The notes beneath the pieces are model-generated. The model was not told the DNA's origin, searched no databases, and saw only the letters and a list, made by a program, of their open reading frames with translations. A stretch of DNA of 57,260 nucleotides, the filler included, from Bipalium vagum (Eukaryota): the NCBI GenBank assembly GCA_037834085.1. It is 3 parts of 3 records of this genome, joined end to end, with 100 filler letters (N's around TTAATTAATTAA, not from the genome) between each part and the next. Parts side by side here need not be neighbours in the genome. Positions count along the whole stretch, not along the records: positions 16,901 to 35,435 come from JBBMKC010026028.1; positions 35,536 to 57,260 come from JBBMKC010233059.1; 1 more part is not named here. One strand, written 5' to 3'. Made by a program: the position numbers and the translations under genes. This document shows positions 27,201-39,558 of the stretch, piece after piece (the stretch's first letter is position 1; each line of letters opens with the position of its first letter).

Positions 27201-30200
27201 TATCCACATATGTTGAGTATTGGGAAAAATCTATTTTTGATCAACTTTACTAATTATTTTTTTTAAGAAAAATCAGAATTAACGTAATCTCCTAATTTTT
27301 GATAGACCCTTATCTCAAGTACTCAAGCGCAAATCATTAAAATATTCTCAAACAAATTATAAAATCGAAAAACCGAGGAGTGCTTACCAAGGGTATTAAA
27401 TGAGATATTCACTATTGATGAAGTGAACCAAATCAAATTTTTATAATCGATAAAAACAATACAATAACAGATGTGCAGATTTATTAATTAGTTTTTATAT
27501 ATTTTATTTTCTAAGAAAATTCTCTTTAAAATATATATAAAAAATAATTGATTATTAGAGATAAATGGTATACTTAAGATAACTTTGTTAATATTATATT
27601 ATTATTTTTTTAAAAATCAAATAATAATGTTTTTTTTAATTCAAAAACTGTTAAATATTATATTTTCATTAGAGAAAATATTAAATTAAATGAAAATTTC
27701 AAATATCACAAGACAAGATGACAAAAAATATTTTTAATTTATTAAAATGTTATTGTAAATATTTTTATTATTTATTTATTTATTCATTGAATTTTACTTC
27801 AATTATCGCTTACATTCAATAAATTACTTATAATAAGACATTAAAATTAAAAAAAACATTTTAGTATCAAAAACAAGCGGACGAAATTAAAAAGATGAAG
27901 TTAGAAAATGAGGAGCAGTCTCACAGATTATCCTTCATGCAAAAATCCCTTTCGGACAGAGAAACAAAGATTGATTATTTGGAAAAGGAGCATGTTAGAA
28001 CTTAAATTTTTATAATATATCCAATATTTTATGATAAAAATTATATCATTTTCGATATCGTTTTAAATAAAATTTTTAAACATTGAGACATCTCAAAGGT
28101 GACCATTTTTTCCAGAAATGGTCATTTTTTTGGAGGTGGTCACCCTTAATAATATTTGAGAAAAGCACTAAATTTATTGATAAATCAGAACACAAAATGA
28201 ATATTAAAATTCTTAGTTGAATAAATACCAAATAATATTTTCTTTGGGAAGAGCTTTTTTGACTTCATCAACTTATTTTCTAGAAAAAATATTTTTTAAG
28301 TGACCAGGCCAATTCTCTGCTGTGCATTTTTTTGAAGTGGACAGCATTTTAAAAATATGTTTTTTGTTGGTTTTGTATCATCAGCAGAATTGGATTATCT
28401 GCTTTTCCACCAATTTACATTTGAAGATAAAGATTAACATTATTTAGTTCGTTCTCCATTATCGCTTTTTCATCTTCGTCATTGTCACATCATGCAATCT
28501 TGTTCATGAATTTTTAAAATTGTGTCAAAATAATTGGTAATAGTAGTAATGTTTATTAGATCTAATGTAAGCTTTGACCACATTATAGCATCTAATATCG
28601 TTCAAGATCTTAATATCTCATCCATCTTGCTGTTCTCTGAAAACATGAACCTTTCCATCAATACATTTTTGTACCTGTATCTAAAGTTTGTAATAGTTCA
28701 TCATCTAAATGTTGAATAAGATTGGTTATTCTAAAGAGTAAAAATATCAATTTTATGTTAGATAAATTGACATCGATATTGGAGGTGCACTTAATGAGTA
28801 TCATTAACAAATTTTCTGTGAAGTTTTTTTAACTACAAAAAAATCAATGTCAATAATAGCAAGAAAGGTAAAATAACAAAAGATATAATTAACAACCAAC
28901 AATTATATTTTTATTAACAAATGAATACTTTTTTCAAAGCTATTGTGATATTATAAGCACATAAATTCTTGAAAAAAAATCAATTATTCAATATATTTAA
29001 CCAGTACGATGAAATAATAGCCGAACGACTGGAAATTCAATATCACGGGCTCGAGATCAGAGCTTATTATTGGCAACAATCAAATGTGAAGAATATAAAT
29101 AAGAATGTTTATTAAAGCCGACCAACAGAAATATCGTGTCATCTACTGAACTGTTTTATTTGGATCACCAAACAAGATAGAGTTTTATCAAAATATTTGT
29201 TTATATTCTCGATTGGTTTGGCTCGAAATTTAAAAAGAACTGACCTATAGATGTATATATGAATTAATATTTTATTTGAAAACATATTTTATAATATCGC
29301 ACTGTTGAGTACCATTATTGAATGCACCATATTGAGTCTCCAGTCGTTCGGTTTATAATTTCATCGTACAGGTTACACATTGAGTTATTGTATAAAATAA
29401 TCTTAATATAAGTTTAATTTATGCAATTTGTGAAAAATGACTGATTATTTTCCAATGTTTGAAAAATGACTTGCTAATCACTCAATCTTGCAATAGGTAA
29501 AAAACATTGTCTAAAACTCGTGGATTTTAAATTTACCAATAAACAAGCGTGATATTTTTTCTCAAATTTTTGAGTACTAGAATAAGATTATTATCCTATT
29601 AATAGGTCCCATAGTATTATTGTTTATATTGTTTTTAACTACTTTTATTTAATGGATACTATTTTTTTTAACTCTTTAATATTTTTTTTTAAAAAGAAAG
29701 GAACAATTATTTTAATTAATCGATATTTTAAGATTAGAATATTCTAAATATTCTAAACATTTGGACTTTATAAAAACCCAAGACTTGTAATTTTCCAAAT
29801 CATATAAAACTAAAATAGATCGACGACGGTGGACTTTAAGACGTTGGGTTTTTTGAGAATCATCAATTTGTTTTAATAAGTATAATTGATGAAATATAAT
29901 ATCTCTTGTCGAAATCGGAGAAGTAATCGCTATTGTTGATTTGTTTTAATTAAACAATAAAAACTCTTGACTGTAACAATTGGTCTTCAAGTATATTTTT
30001 TATTATTCCTTTTATATTATGGTTCTTAAACTTTTCCAACCAAAGATATTAATTAAAGAATCTTATTTCCAAGCTCAGTGTTTATTCTTTTTTCTAGGAA
30101 AAAGACTTGGGAATAAAAAAAATCTGTCATTGGTAGAGTTCATAAGAGTTTTTTTTTTCGTTCTATGCTTTTTTATACAGATTTCTTCTGAAATATTTGG

Positions 30201-32561
30201 ATTTCAATTATAAAAGTGTTCACTTCACGTTTTCTCTCTTTTCTTTTAAACCTTTTTCTGCATTGTAAGAAATCCAGAACTGAACGTTTCTTCATGGATT
30301 GGCTTAAGAGGAAAATTATATTGATTTTTATATTAAGCTTATTCTCATTTCATGAAATAGTATCGTGAAAAGATCATTAATCCGTCTTCTAATCTTGGAC
30401 AAACTCAAATGGATCTCCATAAAAATATTTATATATTTTTTCCATGATCCTGTGTCATTTAATATTATTAATTAGTCCAAATTATAACAATATAATGCAA
30501 TAATATTTTATAAATAATATAAATTCTTTAAAGTTTAAAATTATTAAATTCCAAAATAATTGCAACATGAACAGTGTAAATTAAAAATTGTTTAAATTGT
30601 TCATTAAGAAAATGAACGAAAATTTTACGAGATAAAACATAAGGACCAACTTCACACCAGTACTCGTCAAACAGTAATGAGAAAATATCAAAGTGGAATT
30701 TTATGAAACCTGTAGTACGCGAGTTCATTATGTAGAAGCCCTAAATTTAAAAATCTTATCTTGTTATTTTAAGTTAAAAATTCGCTACGTTACACTGTAA
30801 ACCTTGCATTAGGTTAGAACATCAGTTCGTATTGCTTGTACAGGGTGATATTTGAACATCGAAACAACATTAACCCGAATAATAAATAATTAAAACATTT
30901 ATTCATTTTCTGAAAGATGTTGTTTAAATGCATTGTTTAACACTATTTTTGATCTGGAAGAATGGCTTAATAAAGCGTCCTCAAAAATGGGTGTGGTGAT
31001 GCATACTTTACTGACTAAATGTAAATATATTTTTATATAAACATATTATGCTTTTTCATTTTTGTTTTAAATATCATTTAATTTTAATTATTTTTTTAAT
31101 TCCTGTATTGTTCCTTTGTACGAGTATGATATTTCCGTAAGTCACATAAAATAATGTTGTTGTTCTTAGAATATTAATTAAAATATTAAATGGGAATAAG
31201 TATCTTTTTGAAGCGATTATATTTCATTTAAAATGGAAGTGGCATATACAGATATGGTCTAGATGGTATACAGTACATCTGACACGGATTGATGAATTTA
31301 TCATTGGAAATTGAGATACGGAGGGCTTCTCCCATCTCGCGTTCCAATTTTGAGACATTAAAGAAAAATTGCAACTTTAATAATAACAATGTTCGTCCTT
31401 TACTTTTGGCAGAATTAAAAAATTTAGCAAATTGACAGTTTTCCGTTGAAGGGATTGGGGATTTAAATTCAGACCATGGGAATTTTTAATTTTATAATAA
31501 TATTATAATGTGGTGGCTTTATTAATATAATAATATTTAAATTTATTATTATAAATACTTTATTTAATACCCTTAATTTTAATATGTACCATGATAAATG
31601 CCTTAAAATATAATTTTTAATCTTTTAGTAGTATTTCTATTTAAACAAACAAACGGTGATCTGTAAATTATGATAAATGTTAATTATTAAGATTTAAATA
31701 TATATTCGTAACTATTAATATGTATTTTTATTTTTGTTACTATTAATATACATTTAAAAAAATTTTTAATCTGAATGGCAATTTATAGAGGTTACATTTT
31801 TTATATGTGCTTCACAAATCTGGCCAATGTGTAAAGAGTTTTGTTCTATAACAAAGATATTTTTCAGTGTTCTAAAATTTTTGATAATGTAAACTAGTGG
31901 TCAATATACAAGAATCAACTGTATTATCAAATTTAGTAATTTAAAATATCCCAATAAATGTGTTATATATCAATAAATAAATAAATCCAATTTTAATTAA
32001 TTATTTTTATATGCGATACCAATGAAATATAATAATACAAAGATAATTTATTATAAAATATTAAAACCCTCTTTATAATATGAACTAAAAACAATTCAAA
32101 TTCATACTGCACGAAAAAAAATTAATTAACTTTAATTAAATTAATTAATCATATATTTATTAGTTAACATAACTTTTTGCTTATAATTTTATTTAAATTA
32201 ATGTAGAAAATGATAATAATAATAATAATTTGATATAATAATTTAAAAAATAAAAATTGAAGAAGAAATTGAAATATATTTTTTATTAAAAATTCGAAAA
32301 AATAAAAAAAATCAATAAATATAATTAATTATTTTTATTAATTTTGGTAATTTCATTATTGATATTGGGATTTAACAATTTTTTCTTTAAAATATACATT
32401 TACCGAAATGGATTTTCATATTTTCTTACACTCAGTACAAATTGAGGGATGAAATGACGGCCATTCAGAAACAGAGTCACAATTCGGAAAATGAGATTAA
32501 AAGACTGCGAGAAGAACTTTCCTATCGCGAACAGAGACTGAAGCAGATTCAGAATGACCAT
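21264..32561 (+). CDS. Coiled-coil protein, internal exons 21264-21323, 24212-24340, 25191-25295, 27865-27993, 32436-32561 (start and end not found)
   Basis: Five AG/GT-bounded, stop-free, phase-0 exons encoding E/K/Q-rich heptad sequence, e.g. ISILASDLEKVTQEK...KDDKIRMLESEQ and YKLRDEMTAIQKQ...REQRLKQIQNDH. Confidence 0.8.
21698..22385 (-). mobile_element. mariner (cecropia-like) pseudogene
   Basis: TIR-like ttaggttgttaagaa; PILLHDNAFPH...PPYWPHLSLTDFHLFKDLQ; upstream FLHRLITCDE. Confidence 0.85.
23280..23510 (+). mobile_element. mariner fragment
   Basis: IICDEKLVYFD segment around the first catalytic Asp; heavily decayed. Confidence 0.5.
24680..24811 (+). mobile_element. Short LTR (TG...CA, 24680-24793) containing a tRNA-like sequence, followed by a primer-binding site (24794-24811); Helenus-like TRIM 5' end
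   Basis: ...taaCA|TGGCGACCACGCCAGGAC is complementary to a CCA-ended tRNA 3' end (Arg-TCG-like). The LTR start is inferred; no second LTR was seen. Confidence 0.65.
24705..24776 (+). tRNA. tRNA-Ala-like sequence with a defective anticodon arm (pseudo-tRNA / Pol III promoter)
   Basis: GGGGATGTAGCTCAGCGGTCAGAGC...GGTTCGAATCCCGGTATCTCC has intact A and B boxes and a G3:U70 pair. The anticodon region is one base short, with a non-canonical loop (TGCGCA). Confidence 0.8.
28981..29390. mobile_element. MITE, about 410 bp, with long imperfect inverted termini
   Basis: aaccagtacgatgaaataatagccgaacgactggaaattcaata vs tattgagtctccagtcgttcggtttataatttcatcgtacaggtt. Confidence 0.8.
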
Positions 32562-32704
32562 GTGAGATATTTATCACAATATAAATAAATAATAAATATA
32601 ACGCTTTAAACGAAAAGATGTCTAAAAATTAACCTATCATTTTACAAATTAAAAATATTTAATAAAAAATATTTTACAATATTATTTTTATTTAATATAT
32701 AATA

Positions 32705-33402
32705 TACGTGGGTGAATCAAAAAAGTAAAGATACAAGCTTTATATTATTTTATTTTCAAAGATTATAACATATACAGACAATTATTTTTCAACATAATCA
32801 CCATTTTTTTTCGATGTACTTCATCCATCTGTCAACTAACTTCTGCAGTCCTTTAGCAAAGAAGTTTTTGTCCTTTACTTTCAAGAAATCTTGCACCACT
32901 TTTTTCACTGCATCATCATTGTGGAAATGTTTTCCTCGTAATTTCTCTTTCATGGGTCCAAATAGGTAATATTCACATGGTGACTATGTCTGGGCTATGT
33001 GGAGGATGTTCCAAAAACTTAAATTTCTCAGGGTCAGCATTGTCACAATAATTACGCCTTCAGAGATCATTCTTCGCCATTTGAACATTATTGCTGGTTC
33101 AATTATTGCACCTAAGTTTATAAGGTTTTTAACTCCATATTTGGCAAGCATTCTTCGGTGAATATCAGCTGAAGAACCACCTTCTGCATGCAAAAAACGA
33201 ATAATAGCCCATTGTTCTTCTTTTTAAAACAGGCTCTATGTTTTTTATCTAAAATTGATATAAAAATATTTCTTTAATCAATATTTCTACGATCAATATT
33301 TCGTATTTTATTGTAGCAAAAGAGTTAAAACGTATTATGGTTTTACTGATTTTCTATGAAAAAATTAAACACTGTATCTTTACTTTTTGATTCACCCACG
33401 TA
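32705..33402 (-). mobile_element. Internally deleted mariner (irritans-like) with both TIRs and TA flanks
   Basis: TA|tacgtgggtgaatcaaaaaagtaaagataca ... tgtatctttactttttgattcacccacgta|TA; retains EQWAIIRFLHAEG and HSPDIVTM/PCEYYLFGPMKEKLRG fragments. Confidence 0.92.
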
Positions 33403-35435
33403 TAATATTATATTTGTTTAATTTTACACAAATTTGCAAAAATATTTTTTATTATTAATGTATCACGTGATCATGAATAATTTACTGGGAATTGTTATTA
33501 CTATAATATCCTAAGCATGTTTTAGTGTTTGAAATATGAATACATCGTATATTTTTGTCAAAAAACATGTTAAAAGTGAATAGAGAATGAGAAAATTAGA
33601 TTTTTATTTTCTTAATAAAATAAATTCACCTAGTGCAATAAAAATAATAATAATATTAACTTTTAGAAATGGAACAAAATTATTTAATCAATTTTAAGTA
33701 GGGAATTTAGAAAAGAAAATTAAAAATATCATCATTATAATGTTATTCGTGTTTTAAAATAACGTGGAATATAAAAATGTCAAATTAAATATAGGATACA
33801 CTTTTTATCCGATGAAGAATTCGATAAAAAAAAACAAAAATAATCAATGCCCTACTTACGTGTCAACGTATCGGTCATCGGAAAGGAAATGTCCGTTTTC
33901 ATTCAATCAATCTCGATACATTTTTAGAATTATCAATTATCCAATCACCGATGTATTTTCCACCTGTATTTTGTATATTTTTATCAAATACAACGTTCAC
34001 CTTATTTCAACTCCAGGCTTGTTATGGATGTTCCAGTTTCTTACTCGTCATTTAGATTCCAGAACCGTTATAAAGAACGCTTTTTCGAAAACTGTGCTGT
34101 GACAATAAAAGTGTCTTTGTGAGAATTGGGTCTACATCATGCAAAGGCATCTTCATATGTTGCATGTCAAATACTTTAATGAATACTTGTTACGATAGCC
34201 TTTTGGTAAGCATTATTACGAAGCCAACCACCTTTAAATAAACATCCAATGTTATTAAATAAACATTCAACAGTTTTTATTTATTTCATTCATAATATTA
34301 CCTTATGCACGTTTACCTAACCGAGAACATTTCAATATAACATTTATAAACCTCAAATTAGTTTATGGCTTTGATAGAACTACGCTGTTATTTATTTGGT
34401 ATTAATTGATCTTTATGTAATCCTGACAATGAGACTAAAGTACCTATTAATAAGTTAAGCTTCTGCTTTGAAGGATAGTTAACAATAATAATATTTTTTT
34501 ATCCTGAAAAGGAATTTTCTTTCAATCCTAAATGGGTTGGTAAACCGACTTTAACTCTGATCACGAAATTAATCCACTAAAGAATACATTCTTTTTATTC
34601 GTCATACTTCTAGACTAAAATGAAAAAATGAAGAAACCCGTCGATTTTCTTCCGTTATCGGCAAAAGAAAAAATTAATTGTTTTTTGTGTCGAGATCGAA
34701 TTAGGTCTTTGTGCACGAAGGAAAAAAGAGAATCAAAAACTAATTTAAAGAGTGACTTAAAATGATTTGTGCAGGATGTACCTTACTGTGTTGATGTAAA
34801 AATAAATTGATGTTTAACTGATTCGATTTGAAAGGGACAATGAAAAGTTACGTGCTTGGTTAACATTCAAAATAGGAGCAGATATCTGAACTACTGATAT
34901 TGATCGTTGGATTTATAAGTTCCCTATTCGGAGACTGAAAAGATAAAGAAAATACAAATAATATTTAAAGAGAAGAAAATTTCTGTCATTGTAATAAATC
35001 ATTACCGGTTTTAAGCATTGTTAATAACAATCGTTTGTAATCAGAATTAGAAGTCATTTTTTGAAAAGATTTACTAAGTGATATAACAAATAATATTTAA
35101 ACAAATTTTCTCAGACCTGGAAATTCCTTTTGTTAATAAAATTTAAAAATAAGATTATTTTTAAAATTTCATTTTAAATACTTTTTAAATATTTTAAATA
35201 ATTAAAATAAATAATTAAAAACTTCATCAGGTCTGATTAACCTTCTCATATGCATGATTGAGGAAGAGGAAAAATAATAAAGAGAATTATATAAATCATA
35301 AATCCTTAGTCTTAACTAACACATAACAGGAATCGTAAGCTAAGAATTCCGACTTGAAATATAGTCCTTTTCAAATTTATTGAACAGTTTACATTTTTGT
35401 TTTTTATTTGTAGAACTACCCAAATAAGGATAAAA

Positions 35436-35535
35436 NNNNNNNNNNNNNNNNNNNNNNNNNNNNNNNNNNNNNNNNNNNNTTAATTAATTAANNNNNNNNN
35501 NNNNNNNNNNNNNNNNNNNNNNNNNNNNNNNNNNN
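35436..35535. other. Assembly gap with artificial TTAATTAATTAA spacer
   Basis: 44 N + ttaattaattaa + 44 N. Confidence 0.95.
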
Positions 35536-37920
35536 GTGAAGAACGAACTAAAGTTCCAGTATTTAATGGAAATCCAGTAGATTTCCCAGAATTCACATCC
35601 GAGTACTATCTCTCAATGAAAGCATTGGGGAAGACGGATGAGCAGATGGTGACACGATTACCTCTGTCCCTTAGAGGACAAGTGTAGGCTTTCCACGGTG
35701 AAATCTTAGCTAAACATTTAGCTGATTACGAGGCTGCAATAGCCCTTCAACAGCTAAATGAAGGCCCGAATGCAGTGGTACAGCCATACAAACTAATTAC
35801 CTTTAAAGAGATAATAAAGTAATTAGAATTAAAAGTTCCCACAGGTGATGTGGGCAGATTATTAAGAAATAAATTCTATGAGCGCAAACAGCGTCATAAT
35901 GAACTTGTAGTAGAATACACCTTATCAATTAAATTTGTTGGCCAAGAGAGCCTTCGGACCAAAATCAAATTTGCCCGCAACTACGACAGTGATCGTAAAG
36001 AATCAATGGTAGACAGGATTAAACCCAGCCATTAGATTCCAATTAGTTTTATTTGGTACAGAACCAATGGATCAACTGGCACACGGCCACTATAGTTGAA
36101 GCAAGCCTAGAAACAAAACCAGTTTTAACTACCACGGTAACTCATAAAAAGACATGCAGTAATTGCAACCGAATGATAGAAATAATTATAATAATAGTAA
36201 ATATGAAAATAATCTTCAGAAAAGAAATTCTGCAAGAAACAATGAAAAATCAAATGCAGAGCTATGTCAGAAATGTGGTAAATCAAAGAATAATTCAAAA
36301 AATTGTTTTTTAACCAATCTTCATTGTCAGAATTGTGGTAGAGATAGGCATTTAAAAAAAGTTTGCTGGCGGACGCAGAGAAACACTAGAGAGGATGCAT
36401 CCAGACGGACCCTAATAAATTTAGAGGGTAAAATCCAATGTCACCTATGTGGGACATGTGGACATTTAGCCCGAAATTGCACAAAGACTAGAAAGTCGGA
36501 AAATGAATCAAAAACTTATCTCACCTCAAAAATGGATGAAGATTTTTGTTGAAGAAGACAATGGATATGAGTTATACTTAGAATCACTTTTGCAAGAGGA
36601 GCGTAGAAAAAACACCCGAAAATCAAATGATGATAAAATATCATCCATTATATCGAAATCGTCTAGTTCAAGAGAAGACTCAGAACGCATACCTGCACTT
36701 GTATTATCAGCAGAGGAAAAATTGAAAAAGTGGTTATCAGAACCAATTAATATTGAAAGTAGTAATGAAATTTTTACCACACTAAGAGACCCTTGCATTA
36801 GCAAAAAGAAATGCTGTCAGTTTTACGAAAATTGGGAACTGAGCAGCAAAAACAATATAAGGCGTTGCAATCAATTGCTCCTTATCGCGAATTAACTTGT
36901 TCTATTATGTTCGAAGTAAAATTAAAATGGCCCGAAGGTTGTATAACGACAACAGTAATGCATCCTTTAACGGATATTTGTGAGTTTGTACGAGATGTAC
37001 AAGTCATGTGCTCAGAGCAAAATAAAGAAGGAGTTGATATAACTTACTTTACCGAACCATTATTGGAAGATTAAAATCCAATAGAAAACGATCTATTAGA
37101 CGGATGGGATAATATCCTGATCATATCATATAAACCCAAAGAGGTAATAACATCCTTCTTCACTTGTGAAAGAGAGGAGAGAGACGAAGCAAAAAGGTCA
37201 TAAATGGAAAATATCGCGCAGTGGTTAGAAAATGAACTAACATGCGCAGTCCCCAACCAACAGAAATTAAAAAATTTATTGTCTGAGTTGGTGACACTCA
37301 CAATACCAGTGAAATTGCTGGACTTCTCGAAAACCAAGATGCATGATCATTGAAGATCAAATAAATGATAATAGACCCTATGTTCATATTAAAATCAATA
37401 ATCATGTTATACTTGCCTTAATAAACACCGGTTCAACAGCTTCTCTTATTCAAAAATCAATCCTCACACAAAATGAATTACAAATAATGGACACTACAAG
37501 ACATATGGTACTAGGCATAGGAAATATGCCTATTACCTAGGAGGAACGCTGAATTGTCAAATTGAGTTATTAAATCACCGATTAATGTGTAATATAAAGG
37601 CTGGAGAGGATAATGCACATGAATGTGTACTAGGAATGGATATTTTAAGACAAATTCCCGATTTAATGTTGATTTTTGAAACAGGAGAAATCTTTGATGC
37701 GAATAAAGCAAATACATCAAATAGCTCTCCAGGCGCTAGCCCAACCGCTAACAATGAAAACACAATTCATAACGACAATCCGGAAAATATACCAGACGAA
37801 GTCATCGAGCTTTCTCAAACGACAAATACAGAAATCATAATCGACATCTATACAAATCCGCCAGATCCCAATAGGTTAACATGGGATGATAAAATTGTTC
37901 AAAATATAATTAAATTTTGA
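35536..37920 (+). pseudogene. Ty3/Gypsy-like gag (capsid, 3 zinc knuckles), unknown segment and aspartic protease; disabled
   Basis: KVPVFNGNPVDFPEF; RKQRHNELVVEY; knuckles CQKC..SKNC, CQNCGRDRHLKKVC, CHLCGTCGHLARNC; protease RPYVHIKINNHVILALINTGSTASLI...CVLGMDIL (catalytic D reads N); several stops and frameshifts. Confidence 0.9.
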
Positions 37921-38096
37921 AAGCTATATTAATCTCTTTAAGCATAATTTCTATAATTATATCTCAAAAGAAATCGATGCGTAATTTATGACAATTACAG
38001 AAATCCTCATCGCAGTCATTGACTCGATGGGCGACTTTTGAATCAGTCAATAAATATGTATATATATTAATGTATTTTCTATTTTTAGAGATAAAA

Positions 38097-39247
38097 ATGA
38101 ACATTACAGAATTTGAGAAAATTCCAGTAAGCCAGTATTTGGGCAAAACAGATACGTCATTGCTCAATACCGAGAAGAAGCTAGCATGTCACGAACTATG
38201 AAGTCTAGTGTAAAGATCTCCAAAAACAATCCCAAACGCAACAAAATTCAAAGAGACATGCAAAAGGGAAAGATGGATGTTTCTAGAAAAAGAAAAACAA
38301 ACAGTTTTTCTAAAGGATCTCATCCCAGAATTATCAAATCCAAACTTTTTGGAGGATATTTACATTCACATAATAAATAATCCAGTCAGACTCCATATAG
38401 GAAGAGTTGACACTGCTTTAGAGATGGATAAAGAAGAATCTCTACAAGCATTTAATCTAACGGAAAATCCTTTGTTATAAACAAGGACTCCCATTTATCC
38501 GATCATGTCATAATGAGCACGTTGACATCTATAGATGGTCGAACGGGGATAACGCATTTAATAGGAATTACCTTGATGCGCTTATCTACAAAAATCATTA
38601 TGAACTCGTTGATAAAACCCCGAAAACGAGTATTAAATATCAATACTCCACATGTCGGGTTGACAGAAAAAGATTTATTAAATCAATACGATGAGCTACA
38701 ATGCAAACATGGTTTGCGAGATGCTCTAAAGGGTAAAGTATTGATCGGATTCAAAGTAAACGAAATGTTAAGATAGTGCTTCTTACCTTTTTTCATTTTA
38801 AAAGAGATAAGAGAAATTGGAGATTGTCCTTATCTCAATTCAATTGGCGCGTAAGGTCAAAAGCGACTGGGTTTTATAAGTAAAACAGTCAAAGCAAGAG
38901 AAGTACAAGACTACTTCCTCAAATGCGAAAAAGAAGCGCGCATTATTCGAGAGATATATAGAGTAGTTTCTACTAAATGGAACGAAGATGGTTCAAAACC
39001 ACCGATAACAATTCCTACTAAGCCAATAACGTAACCCACCAGAAATGAAACAGAAGAAGAAATACTGGAGATAGAAGATAAAATGGAAGATAAATATGTA
39101 TCTCAAACTCCATGCACAAGTACCAGCCCGAGTCGATTTAAAAAACTGGTTAGAACCATACGAAATGATCTGTATGATAAACTAGCCATTGAACAACCAG
39201 AAAAGAAAAAGCTCAATCAGGTACAAAAGCGACTACCTGCAAAATAA
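38097..39247 (+). pseudogene. Second ORF of the retroelement, with a DEDDh (REX4/ISG20-like) 3'-5' exonuclease-like domain; disabled
   Basis: IIMNSLIKPRKRVLNINTPHVGLTEKDL...LKGKVLIGFKVNEMLR...CEKEARIIREIY follows the REX4-type pattern (D.YVKP...VTDYRT..SGI...L; LKG.ILVGH...DL; S.EDA....LY); recognised by eye. Confidence 0.6.
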
Positions 39248-39558
39248 AATAAAATAATAATTTTTTAATGAGTTTTAAAGCTAACATAAACATATTTCTA
39301 AATTAACATAGTTCAAATCATAAAACTTTTAATATAATTCGTAATCTACAATTATTTATATATTTTAAGAGTGCCCCAAAACATATGGACGGCATTGTAT
39401 ATAAAAATATTTAAATGAAAATTTTAAGGGATTTTTACCGTTCTCGTACTCCCAAAGTGAGGTTTGTTTTAATTTTTCATTATAATCATTTATCACTAGA
39501 TTTTTTTAATTCTTAAATTTTAATATCCCTCTAATTTTTTAATTTAGTCACAATATTA

